Shown: positions 9,804 to 19,418 of the stretch, piece by piece
How the letters are laid out: every line of letters starts with the position of its first letter
Position numbering within the stretch: position 1 is the first letter of the stretch
Assembly (NCBI GenBank): GCA_910585045.1
Contig: CAJUCD010000002.1
Span: forward strand, 73,829-137,828
Reading direction: 5' to 3'
Length of the DNA stretch: 64,000 nucleotides
From: an uncultured Bacilli bacterium
GTDB taxonomy: Bacteria; Bacillota_I; Bacilli_A; RF39; UBA660
Made by a program: the position numbers and the translations under genes
The notes under the pieces: generated by a model
Told to the model about the DNA's origin: nothing
The model's input: only the letters and a program-made list of their open reading frames with translations
Database searches by the model: none

Positions 9804-9869
9804 ATGATTTATTTTTTAAGACACGGTAGTACTGATTGGAATGAAAATTTAAATAATGAGTTAGTTTGA
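9804..9869 (+). pseudogene. Remnant N-terminus of a histidine-phosphatase (phosphoglycerate mutase family) gene.
   Basis: It translates to MIYFLRHGSTDWNENLNNELV then a stop. Compare MIYVTRHGQTNWNLEKK at 46627. Confidence 0.55.
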
Positions 9870-10124
9870 GGGGGTACCAAAAGATGGAAATTATTTGAAT
9901 TTCGAATTAGGAACTGGTAAATTGAAAGAATTTAGTTTTGAAAGATTATAAAAAAATAGATAATCAAAAGGAAGTGAAAAGTTATGGAAAATAATCGACA
10001 AAATCCAATAAATATAAACTGGTTGATTATAATTTAATTAAGAACACCGTAATTTTGGCATTATTTATAATAGGAATTAGATAGGTGATTACGAACTTTA
10101 AGAACATAGAAAAGAGGCGAATAT

Positions 10125-10967
10125 ATGACAAACAAAATAATCGAAGTTCAAAATATTAAAGTGAACATAACAAATATGAATGACAGCGATTATATTTGTA
10201 TTTCTGATTTTACCAAATTTAAAGAAGGAAAATCCACATCAGATGATGTTATCAGAAATTGGTTAAGAAATAGAATTACTTTAGAATTTTTAGGTACTTG
10301 GGAGTCAATTTACAATCCAAATTTTAATTCCGTCGAATTCGACGGGTTTAAAAGTGAGGCTGGACTTCATACTTTTACACTAAGTGTTACAGAATGGTGT
10401 AGTAAAACAAATGCAATTGGTATATATTCGAAGCGTGGAAAATATGGTGGAACTTATGCTCATAAAGATATTGCTTTTGAATTTGCGTCTTCTGTTAGCC
10501 CAGTTTTTAAACTATATTTGATAAAAGAATTTGAAAGACTTAAGCAATTAGAAAATCAAAATAGGGAATGGGATATAAAAAGAATTTTAACCAAAAATAA
10601 TTATCTTATTCATACAGATGCAATTAAAAATTATATATTACCTGATAACGATTATTATAAAGATAGAGAATGGTTAAAGTATGCAGAAGAAGCAGATATT
10701 TTAAATGTTGCTTTATTTAATACAACTGCTAAAAGATGGAGAGAACTTAATCCGAATTTGGCAAAAAATTCAAATGTTAGAGATTATGCTTCAATAAATG
10801 AATTAACTGTATTGTCTAATTTGGAATCACATAATGCAGAATTAATTAAAGAGGGGAAAAACAAAGAAGAAAGATTTGAAATATTAAGTAGCATAGCAGA
10901 GTATCAACTTAATATACTGAACAATGCAGAAAAGATAAAATTATTAGGAGAAAAAGATAATATATAG
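10125..10967 (+). CDS. KilA-N domain-containing protein (phage/plasmid-associated DNA-binding domain family).
   Basis: ICISDFTKF together with GTYAHKDIAFEFASSVSPVFKLYLIKEF fits the KilA-N pattern. RBS AAGAGG. Confidence 0.65.
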   Translation: MTNKIIEVQNIKVNITNMNDSDYICISDFTKFKEGKSTSDDVIRNWLRNRITLEFLGTWESIYNPNFNSVEFDGFKSEAGLHTFTLSVTEWCSKTNAIGIYSKRGKYGGTYAHKDIAFEFASSVSPVFKLYLIKEFERLKQLENQNREWDIKRILTKNNYLIHTDAIKNYILPDNDYYKDREWLKYAEEADILNVALFNTTAKRWRELNPNLAKNSNVRDYASINELTVLSNLESHNAELIKEGKNKEERFEILSSIAEYQLNILNNAEKIKLLGEKDNI

Positions 10968-11030
10968 TATTTTGCACATTTGTATTACTTCTTTCAAAAT
11001 AATAAAATTATTATAGAAAGAAGGTAAAAT

Positions 11031-11309
11031 ATGTATAAATATAATATTAAGGAATTAGAAGAAAAACTTAATATATGTAGAAATATGAAACTTGAAGATG
11101 TATCTTTAGAGGATGTAGATGAAATAAGTTCTATAAAGATAGACAGAAGAAAACCTAGTAATGAAAGAATATTAGATTTTATTGCAAAAGTAAAGAATCC
11201 TTATATATTTAAAGTAAATGGAAAATTAGTTAGAATTAGCTTTTCAAAGAATACAGATTTAACAGCAGATGATTGCTTAACTAAAGTTCTAGAAAATTTA
11301 TATAGATAA
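11031..11309 (+). CDS. Hypothetical small protein. A degenerate copy lies at 9721..9793.
   Basis: RBS AGAAGG. 92 aa. Confidence 0.45.
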   Translation: MYKYNIKELEEKLNICRNMKLEDVSLEDVDEISSIKIDRRKPSNERILDFIAKVKNPYIFKVNGKLVRISFSKNTDLTADDCLTKVLENLYR

Positions 11310-11324
11310 TTTTTGGAGGGAAGT

Positions 11325-12107
11325 ATGAATAAAATAAAAGCGATTATTTTAGATCTTGATGGAACATTATTAGATGATAATAAAAAAATAGGCGACAAAA
11401 CAATACATTATTTGAGACAAATTAAAAATAATTTAAAAATAATTCCAGCAAGTGCTAGACAATTTTGTACTATAAAACCTTACTTGGAAAATTTAGGTTT
11501 GTTAGACGAAAATAATTATACAATTTGCTTCAATGGTTCTTTAATAGTTAATAACAAAGAATCCGAAATATTTTCATCATATATTGATAAAAGTGTAGTT
11601 TTTAAAATAGATAATTTCATTTTAGATAATAAAATAGATTGGATTTATTATCTATATGATAATAGATTATTAAGAAACGAAATAAGCAATATTGAGAAGT
11701 TTGCAAACGAAAATAAGATATATAAAATAGTTGGTGTATCAACACCTAGTGTAATAAACAAAATTAGAAGTAATTTACCTAAAGAAGTATTAGAAAATTT
11801 AGAAATAACTAGTAGCGAATTAAATAGGATAGAATTTGTTAACAAAGGAATGACAAAATTTAAGTCAATTGAATTATTGTTAAATAAATTAGACATTGAC
11901 AAAGAAAATGTTGTAGCAATTGGTGATGGGGATAATGATATAGATATGATAAAATATGTTGGTTGTGGAATAGCAATGTTAAATTCACCAGAAATAGTAA
12001 AAGAAAATGCAGATATAATTACTGAATATTCTAATAATGAAGATGGTGTTTATTATGCAATTAAAGAATTGTTAAGTGAAGGAATAGATAATGATGAACG
12101 ACAATAA
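11325..12107 (+). CDS. Cof-type HAD-IIB phosphatase.
   Basis: Motifs IILDLDGTLLDD and GDGDNDIDM. GGAGGG RBS before the ATG at 11325. Confidence 0.75.
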   Translation: MNKIKAIILDLDGTLLDDNKKIGDKTIHYLRQIKNNLKIIPASARQFCTIKPYLENLGLLDENNYTICFNGSLIVNNKESEIFSSYIDKSVVFKIDNFILDNKIDWIYYLYDNRLLRNEISNIEKFANENKIYKIVGVSTPSVINKIRSNLPKEVLENLEITSSELNRIEFVNKGMTKFKSIELLLNKLDIDKENVVAIGDGDNDIDMIKYVGCGIAMLNSPEIVKENADIITEYSNNEDGVYYAIKELLSEGIDNDERQ

Positions 12108-12969
12108 AGGACAAAATTCGACAAATATAAATTGGTATCCAGGACATATGGAAAAAGCCAAAAGACTTATGATGAAAGAATATAAAAATATTGATGCGGT
12201 TTATGAATTAATAGATGCTAGGATACCAAAATCGTCTAAAATTAAAAATATATATGATATTATAGGTAATAAGCCTAAAATAGTTATCATGACTAAGAAA
12301 GATTTGGCTGATCCAATTGGAGTAGAAAAATGGGTTAAATATTATGAAAATTTAGGAACAAAAGTAATTGTTGCTGATTTAAATGATGATAATGATATTA
12401 AAAAAATAATTAATTTAACTCATGAACTTATGGAAGAATTGCAGATAAAAAGAGAAGTAAAAGGAATGTTTCGTAAAGAAATTAGAGCTTTAGTTGTGGG
12501 AATTCCTAATGTAGGTAAATCGACTTTAATTAATAGATTAGTTGGCAAAAAGGTAGTTAGTGTTGGTAATAAGCCGGGTATTACTAAGAGTTTGGTATGG
12601 CTTAAAACTAAACATAATATTATGCTTTTAGATACTCCAGGAATTTTATGGCCCAAATTAGATAATAAAGAAATAGCTCTTAATTTAGCAGCAATATTTT
12701 CTATTAAAATAGAAATATTAGATGTTAATGAAGTAGCAGTACATATATTAAATAAACTTAATTATTATTATCCAAAAAAACTACAAGAAAGATATAATAT
12801 TGCTCCATCTTCTTTAGGTTTAGATATAGAAGAAGTGTATAATAATCTAGGAGGAAAAATGGGAGCTATTCGTCATGGCGAAGTAGATTATGAAAGAGTT
12901 AGTAATAGAATAGTAAATGATATTAAAGATGAGTATATAAAAGGAATAGTGTTTGATAATGAAATGTAA
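12091..12969 (+). CDS. rbgA: Ribosome biogenesis GTPase A (YlqF/RbgA).
   Basis: The WYPGHMEKAKR N-terminus, circularly permuted GTPase motifs, and synteny with rnhB. Confidence 0.85.
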   Translation: MMNDNKGQNSTNINWYPGHMEKAKRLMMKEYKNIDAVYELIDARIPKSSKIKNIYDIIGNKPKIVIMTKKDLADPIGVEKWVKYYENLGTKVIVADLNDDNDIKKIINLTHELMEELQIKREVKGMFRKEIRALVVGIPNVGKSTLINRLVGKKVVSVGNKPGITKSLVWLKTKHNIMLLDTPGILWPKLDNKEIALNLAAIFSIKIEILDVNEVAVHILNKLNYYYPKKLQERYNIAPSSLGLDIEEVYNNLGGKMGAIRHGEVDYERVSNRIVNDIKDEYIKGIVFDNEM

Positions 12970-13609
12970 TTTGCTTAAATACGAAAAGGAATTATATAAG
13001 AATAATATATCTTTAATTGCTGGGGTAGATGAGGCAGGAAGGGGACCTCTAGCAGGGCCAGTAGTAGCGGCGGCGGTTATATTGCCTAAAAATTATAAAT
13101 TAGATGGACTTAATGATTCAAAGCAATTAACTGAGAAAAAGAGAGAAGAATATTTTAAAGTTTTAGAAAAAGAGGCTTTGAGTATAGGGGTGGGAATTAT
13201 AAGCCCTCAAGAAATAGATGAGATTAATATTTTGGAAGCTTCTAGAAAAGCAATGTATGTGGCTTTAAATAATTTAGATTTAACACCTGAATATATTTTG
13301 AGTGATGCTATGAGCTTAAATGATATAGATATTCCATCTAGACCAATTATTCATGGAGATGCCTTATCTTTATCAATTGCGGCCGCTAGTGTTATAGCTA
13401 AAGTAACTAGAGATCATATTATGTATGAAATTGATTTAAAGTATCCAGAATATAATTTTAAAAAACATAAAGGATATCCTACTAAAGAACATTTAGAATT
13501 GTTAAAAAAATATGGAGTTATGGAGGAATATCGAAAATCATATAAGCCTGTAAAACAAATAATGGAGGAATTAAATTGTGAAGAAAATAGGGAAAGTATG
13601 GCAGAGTAA
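12953..13609 (+). CDS. rnhB: Ribonuclease HII.
   Basis: The GVDEAGRGPLAGPVV active-site signature. Confidence 0.9.
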   Translation: MIMKCNLLKYEKELYKNNISLIAGVDEAGRGPLAGPVVAAAVILPKNYKLDGLNDSKQLTEKKREEYFKVLEKEALSIGVGIISPQEIDEINILEASRKAMYVALNNLDLTPEYILSDAMSLNDIDIPSRPIIHGDALSLSIAAASVIAKVTRDHIMYEIDLKYPEYNFKKHKGYPTKEHLELLKKYGVMEEYRKSYKPVKQIMEELNCEENRESMAE

Positions 13610-15641
13610 ATTTTTTAGAAATTATGTGATATTAATAAGCTCTTTTTTACTTTTAGAAATATTTTTTAGAAGTGTTTCTGATTTATCATTAATTTCATAT
13701 GCTAGTTTAAGAATATTATTATTTTTAAATGTTTTTGCTTTATTCTTTAGTTTTATTCTAAGCTTTTGTTCTAATAAGGTGAGTAAAATATTTAATATTT
13801 TAATAATTTTATTATTAACGATTTATGGGATAGCTCAACTAGGCTTTAAAAGTTATTTAGGAGTTTATGTTTCAATTCAATCTAGTGGACAAGCAGAAGC
13901 AGTAACTTCATATATTTGGGATTTTATTAAAAGTTTTCATTTGAGTTATTATTTATTATTAATACCCCTTTTATTAGTACTAATTTATTATATATTTGTC
14001 GAAAAAAGAGTAGTGTTTGATATGCCTAAAAAAATTTGGAATATGACTACTTCTATTGTTAAGGGTTTTCAGTTTTTAATTATAGTCTTTTTTTCTTTAG
14101 GATTTTTAGTAACTTTAAAATTAGATTTTATGCAAAATAAAACCCAAGCAATAACTGATTATGAACTTTTTTTAAAGCCTAATAATCCTAGTTTATTAGT
14201 TAATGATTTTGGTTTTATTGGTTTTGGCTTTTTAGATATTAAAGAGACTTTTTTTCCTGGAAAAGAAATAACAGATAAGATTGATTATGATCCAAATAAA
14301 ATACCTACTAATAATAATCAAAACTCGGTAGGTACACCAGAAACTCCAGTTTTTAGTAATCAACTTAGTATAAATAATGATATATGGATAAAAATTATAG
14401 AAAATGAAAGTAATGCTAATAAAAATACTCTTAATAAATATTTTATTAGTAAAACACCAACTAAGACTAATGAATATACAGGAATTTTAGAAAATAAAAA
14501 TTTAGTTATGATTATGATAGAGTCTGGCGGAAACTTGATGATTAATGAAGAATATTATCCTAATATTTATAAATTATATAATGAAGGAATAAGTTTTGAT
14601 AATTATTATTCACCAAGAAATACTTGTAGTACAATTAATAATGAACTAACAAATTTAACTGGTTTATTTACTATAAATAATAATTGTACAGCAAATTATT
14701 ATAAAAATAATACTTATTTTAATAGTATATTTAATTTGTTTAATAACAAGGGATATGTAACAAATAGTTTGCATGATAATTATGATGCTTATTATCCAAG
14801 AACTGTAATTCATAAAAATTTAGGAAGTGGAAGATTTTATAAAGTACAAGATTTGAAAATTAAATATAGTACAGATTATGGTGATTGGGCTAGTGATGAA
14901 GATTTTATGAATGCCTATTTGAATATTTTAGATAACCGAGATATGAGTAAACCTTTTATGAGTTTTTTAACAACAGTTTCTTCTCATATGCCATATACTG
15001 ATAAGTGTAAATTTAATACGATGTATGCTGATATGTTTTCAAGTGATTTACCAAAAGATGTAAGAGCTTATATGTCAAAGTTAAAAGTGGTAGATAATGC
15101 AATAGGAATATTGATAGATGGACTTAAAGAGCGAGGAATATTTGATGATACAGCGATAGTTTTATTTGCAGATCATTATCCTTATGGTATTTCCAAAAGT
15201 AATCTTAGTAAAGCTTTTGGTTATGATATAAGTATTGATAATGAAGCAGAAAAAGTCCCTTTTATAATTTATAATTCAAGTCTAAAAAAAGAGCATATTT
15301 CTAAGTATACTGAACATGTTAATACAACACCAACTATTGCTAATTTATTTAATTTGGATTATGATTCAAGAATTTATATGGGTAGTGATGTTTTAAGCAA
15401 TGAGTATGAATCCATTACGATATTTGATGATGGTTCTTGGAAAAATGAATATGCTTATTATGATGCTAGTAATAATAAAGTACATTATTATGCCAATAAA
15501 GTGTATAGTGAAGAAGAAATACTTGCAATAAATGAAAAAGTAAGTTTAAAATTAAAAATGAGTAGTTTGGCTATTAAAAGCAATTACTTTGACTATTTAG
15601 AAGAAAAATTAAATAGTTATGCAGCCACTTCCAAAGAATAA
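13578..15641 (+). CDS. LtaS-family polyglycerolphosphate transferase / sulfatase-like membrane protein.
   Basis: About 5 N-terminal TM helices followed by a large extracytoplasmic domain of alkaline-phosphatase/sulfatase type. GTG start with a GGAGG RBS. Confidence 0.55.
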   Translation: MKKIGKVWQSKFFRNYVILISSFLLLEIFFRSVSDLSLISYASLRILLFLNVFALFFSFILSFCSNKVSKIFNILIILLLTIYGIAQLGFKSYLGVYVSIQSSGQAEAVTSYIWDFIKSFHLSYYLLLIPLLLVLIYYIFVEKRVVFDMPKKIWNMTTSIVKGFQFLIIVFFSLGFLVTLKLDFMQNKTQAITDYELFLKPNNPSLLVNDFGFIGFGFLDIKETFFPGKEITDKIDYDPNKIPTNNNQNSVGTPETPVFSNQLSINNDIWIKIIENESNANKNTLNKYFISKTPTKTNEYTGILENKNLVMIMIESGGNLMINEEYYPNIYKLYNEGISFDNYYSPRNTCSTINNELTNLTGLFTINNNCTANYYKNNTYFNSIFNLFNNKGYVTNSLHDNYDAYYPRTVIHKNLGSGRFYKVQDLKIKYSTDYGDWASDEDFMNAYLNILDNRDMSKPFMSFLTTVSSHMPYTDKCKFNTMYADMFSSDLPKDVRAYMSKLKVVDNAIGILIDGLKERGIFDDTAIVLFADHYPYGISKSNLSKAFGYDISIDNEAEKVPFIIYNSSLKKEHISKYTEHVNTTPTIANLFNLDYDSRIYMGSDVLSNEYESITIFDDGSWKNEYAYYDASNNKVHYYANKVYSEEEILAINEKVSLKLKMSSLAIKSNYFDYLEEKLNSYAATSKE

Positions 15642-15661
15642 ATTTTAGAGAAAGGAATAAT

Positions 15662-17686
15662 ATGAGTAATTTAGTAATAGTAGAGTCTCCTGCTAAAAGT
15701 AAAACTATTGAAAAATATTTAGGAGGAGATTATAGAGTTGTTTCTAGTAAAGGACATATAAGAGATCTAGCTACAACTGGTAAATATGGTTTAGGGATTG
15801 ATATTGAAAATAATTTTGCTCCTAACTATATTGCAATTACAGGAAAGAAAAAAGATATATCAGTCTTAAAGAAAATGGCTAAGGAAAGTGATAAGGTTAT
15901 ATTAGCAACTGACCCTGACCGAGAAGGAGAAGCTATTTCTTGGCATTTATATGATGAACTTGGATTAAAAGATAATAATTATGAAAGAGTTGTTTTTAAT
16001 GAAATTACAAAGGATGTAGTAATTAATTCAATTAGTAATCCTCGTAAAATAGATATGGATTTAGTTAAATCTCAAGAGACAAGAAGAATGCTTGATAGAA
16101 TAATAGGTTTTAGATTAAGTAAATTAATGCAACGAAAAACTGGTGGTAAAAGCGCAGGAAGGGTTCAAAGTGTAGCTTTAAAATTAATAGTTGATCGTGA
16201 AAGAGAAATATTAGCTTTTATACCAGAAGAATATTGGACAATAGAGGCACTTTTTAAAGAGTTTAGTGCAAGCTTAGAAAAATATAAAGATAAAAAGATT
16301 GAAATTCATACTGAAGCCGAAGCTCAAGAAATTTTAGATAAGTTATCTTTATCTTTTAAAATAGATAGTGTAGAAGAAAAAGAAAAATTAAAGAAACCTA
16401 AAGACCCTTTTAGAACATCTACTTTACAACAGATGGCTGCTAATAGGCTTAATTTTTCGTCAAGTAAGACAATGCAAATAGCACAAAAGTTATATGAAGG
16501 TATGAATATTGGTAGTGAGACAGTAGGTTTAATTACTTATATGCGTACTGATTCAACTAGACTTAGTGATGTTTTTGTTGATGATACAAAGGCATATATT
16601 AAAAATAATTATGGTAGTCAGTATGTTGGTAGTGTTAAAGTTTCTAAAGAGCCTAAAGGAGCTCAAGATGCTCATGAAGCAATAAGACCAACAAGCATTA
16701 TGAGAACGCCAGAGTCTATTAAAGAATATTTAGCTCCTGATGAGTATAAATTATATCGTTTGATATATATTCGTAGTTTAGCTTATTTAATGAGTAGTGC
16801 TAAAACTTTAGCGACAACTGTAAATTTAGAAAATAATGATTATATGTTTAAGGCTACAGGAAGCGTTTTAAAATTTGATGGTTATTTAAAAGTTTATAAA
16901 GAATATGAAGATTCAGAAGATGTTATATTGCCAGATTTTAGTTCTTATAAAGACGGCATGATTGAGGCTCAAAGTATAGAGAAAACTCAACATTTTACAA
17001 AGCCTGCTCCAAGATATACAGAATCAAGTCTGATTAAAGAGATGGAAGCTTTAGGGATTGGACGTCCTAGTACTTATGCAACTATTATGAAAACTATTAA
17101 GGATAGAGGCTATGTTACTATTGAGGATAAAAAATTTTTTCCAACTGATATAGGTATGGAAACAACTGATAAATTGCAAGAGTTTTTTAGTGATATTGTA
17201 AATGTGGAATATACAGCTAATATGGAAACTGAATTAGATGAAATTGCTGACAATAAGAAAGATAATATAGAGGTTTTGAAAAACTTTTATGACGCTTTTG
17301 CACCTCTTGTAGAGCAAGCATTTAAAGAAATGGAGAAAAAAGAACCTGAGAAAACTGGAGAAGTATGTCCAGATTGTGGCAGCGATTTAGTAGTTAGAAG
17401 TGGTAGATATGGCGAGTTTGTCGCTTGTGGAAATTATCCTACTTGTAAGTATGTAAAAAAAGAGGCTCAAGAAGTAACGGTGGTTGCTAAATGTCCTAAA
17501 TGTGAACATGATATTGTGGCAAGACATACTAAAAAAGGTAAAGTTTTTTATGGATGCAGTAATTATCCGAAGTGTAAATATGCTACATGGTATGAACCAA
17601 CAGGAGACATTTGTCCTAATTGTAAAAATTTATTGGTTAAGAAAAATAATGCGACTATTTGCGAAGAATGCGGCTATGTGAAATAG
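15662..17686 (+). CDS. topA: DNA topoisomerase I with three C-terminal C4 zinc ribbons.
   Basis: TOPRIM motif LVIVESPAKSKTI. Repeated C-terminal zinc ribbons of the form CPxCG...CxxC. Confidence 0.9.
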   Translation: MSNLVIVESPAKSKTIEKYLGGDYRVVSSKGHIRDLATTGKYGLGIDIENNFAPNYIAITGKKKDISVLKKMAKESDKVILATDPDREGEAISWHLYDELGLKDNNYERVVFNEITKDVVINSISNPRKIDMDLVKSQETRRMLDRIIGFRLSKLMQRKTGGKSAGRVQSVALKLIVDREREILAFIPEEYWTIEALFKEFSASLEKYKDKKIEIHTEAEAQEILDKLSLSFKIDSVEEKEKLKKPKDPFRTSTLQQMAANRLNFSSSKTMQIAQKLYEGMNIGSETVGLITYMRTDSTRLSDVFVDDTKAYIKNNYGSQYVGSVKVSKEPKGAQDAHEAIRPTSIMRTPESIKEYLAPDEYKLYRLIYIRSLAYLMSSAKTLATTVNLENNDYMFKATGSVLKFDGYLKVYKEYEDSEDVILPDFSSYKDGMIEAQSIEKTQHFTKPAPRYTESSLIKEMEALGIGRPSTYATIMKTIKDRGYVTIEDKKFFPTDIGMETTDKLQEFFSDIVNVEYTANMETELDEIADNKKDNIEVLKNFYDAFAPLVEQAFKEMEKKEPEKTGEVCPDCGSDLVVRSGRYGEFVACGNYPTCKYVKKEAQEVTVVAKCPKCEHDIVARHTKKGKVFYGCSNYPKCKYATWYEPTGDICPNCKNLLVKKNNATICEECGYVK

Positions 17687-17710
17687 ACGCTTTTTTAATA
17701 GCAATTTTTT

Positions 17711-18163
17711 TTATTTTAAATATTTTGGCTCGTCTATTTTACCGAGAAGATAATCAGCACTTATTTTATATTTTTTACATATATCATAAAGAAAAGGTGT
17801 AGCAATTATGTATCTTCCTGATTCATATCCAGCGATAGTGCCATAAGAACAGTTTAATATTTCGCCTAATTTAGTTTGAGTTAGTTTATGTTCTTTACGA
17901 AATTCTTTTAGTCTTGTACTTGAGTTTTTAATATTGTAACTATGTTTTTGATTAGCATAGTTTTTATTTTTAGTGAAATTAAATATATAGTCAATTGAAA
18001 CATTAAAATAGTCAGTTATAGTTATTAAATGCTTTAGAGGGATTATGTCATCTTCATTTTCATAGTGAGAGTATGTAGTTCGATCAATGTTTAAAATAGA
18101 GGCTAGTTCTTGTTTAGTTAAGATGTTTTTGTTTCTAAGAGAAGTTATTTTGTTTTTATACAT
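17711..18163 (-). CDS. XRE-family transcriptional regulator with two tandem HTH_XRE domains (R1).
   Basis: Two XRE-HTH units of about 60 aa each. The C-terminus SADYLLGKIDEPKYL is shared with the regulator at 53902..54372. Confidence 0.7.
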   Translation of the reverse strand: MYKNKITSLRNKNILTKQELASILNIDRTTYSHYENEDDIIPLKHLITITDYFNVSIDYIFNFTKNKNYANQKHSYNIKNSSTRLKEFRKEHKLTQTKLGEILNCSYGTIAGYESGRYIIATPFLYDICKKYKISADYLLGKIDEPKYLK

Positions 18164-18213
18164 TTGTAATCACCTACAATAATTGTCGCATTTTAAAAAG
18201 TAATTTAAAATAT

Positions 18214-18414
18214 ATGTGGGAAATGCCTCCAAATAGTTGGTTTAAAAGTGGGTCTAGTAGTTGGGCTTTTATGAGTCTAGTAGATACTAGTGGTCGTATT
18301 GCTGGAACTGGTACAAATAGTACAGAAGTTGGCATACGTCCAGTAATAAATTTGAAATCTAACGCAATAATTTCAAGAGGCGCTGGTACGCGAACTAATC
18401 CTTATGTTGTTTAG
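18214..18414 (+). pseudogene. C-terminal fragment of the paralogous secreted-protein family that ends in the NPY motif.
   Basis: SWAF...GIRPVINLKSNAIISRGAGTRTNPYVV aligns to the last 60 aa of the 54557 ORF (SWVWAF...GVRPVINLRSDIKISGNGTKDNPYVV). Confidence 0.65.
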
Positions 18415-18518
18415 AATAAGTGGTATTTAATACTGCTTTTTTTGTTTAAAGTTGTGCCATATGATTTTTTGCGCTATAATATTTGAAACCACTTTCACTA
18501 ATTTAGAAAGGAAATATT

Positions 18519-19418
18519 ATGAGTATATTAAAAGTTGAAAATTTATGCAAAAAAATAGGAAAGAAAGATATACTGAAAGATGTATCTTTTGAAGTTGTTG
18601 CTGGTGATATTATGGCTTTTATTGGCCCTAATGGTGCTGGTAAGACAACAACTATAAAGTGTGTATTAGGACTGCAAAAAATTACTAGAGGAAAAGTCTT
18701 TATTAATGGTTATGATATAAGTAAGAATTTTGTTAAAGCTATAGAAAAAGTTGGGTCAATTGTCGAATCGCCAGATGTCTATATGTATATGTCAGGTTAT
18801 GATAATTTGCTTTTACAAGCTAGAATGTATAAAAATATAAAAGAAGAAGATATTTATAAAATAATAAAATTAGTAGGATTAGAAAATAGAATATATGATA
18901 AAGTAAATAAATACTCTTTAGGGATGAGACAACGCCTAGGAATTGCTATTGCCTTAATAAATAATCCTAAACTACTTATTTTAGATGAACCAACAAATGG
19001 CTTGGATCCTGAAGGGATAAAAGAACTTAGAGAATTATTAGTTGAGTTGGCAAAGTCAGGAATGGGTATACTTATTTCTAGTCATAATTTAAGTGAGTTA
19101 GAAAGCTTTTGTAATAAAGTTTGTATTTTATCTCATGGAGAGCTTTTAGAAGAAAATACGATTGCAAAAATAAAAGAGATTGATGAAAATAAATATATTA
19201 TCAAAGTATCTAATTTAAAGAAAATTTTAAAATTTTTAAATAGTTGTGATAGAGTAATAGATGATAATTATGTAGAAGTAATAAGAGATGAAAAAGATAT
19301 TGCTAAATTTATTAAAGAATTAGTTAATAATAATATAGATATTTTTGAAGTTAAAAAAGAAGAATTGAGTTTAGAAGAGGCATTTATAAGAAGAGCAGGA
19401 GGAAAAAAAATTGATTAA
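18519..19418 (+). CDS. ABC transporter ATP-binding protein.
   Basis: Walker A GPNGAGKTT, ABC signature LSLGMRQRL, and Walker B LLILDEP. Confidence 0.85.
   Translation: MSILKVENLCKKIGKKDILKDVSFEVVAGDIMAFIGPNGAGKTTTIKCVLGLQKITRGKVFINGYDISKNFVKAIEKVGSIVESPDVYMYMSGYDNLLLQARMYKNIKEEDIYKIIKLVGLENRIYDKVNKYSLGMRQRLGIAIALINNPKLLILDEPTNGLDPEGIKELRELLVELAKSGMGILISSHNLSELESFCNKVCILSHGELLEENTIAKIKEIDENKYIIKVSNLKKILKFLNSCDRVIDDNYVEVIRDEKDIAKFIKELVNNNIDIFEVKKEELSLEEAFIRRAGGKKID

Noticed and set aside
11201-12656. The antisense ORFs at 11201..11398, 11648..11902 and 12420..12656.
   Set aside because: They overlap the Cof phosphatase and rbgA coding regions on the opposite strand. They are Leu/Ile/Ser-rich antisense artefacts.
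17484-17681. A 65-aa + strand ORF inside the 3' end of topA.
   Set aside because: It is an alternative frame of the topA zinc-ribbon region. topA is strongly supported in its own frame.
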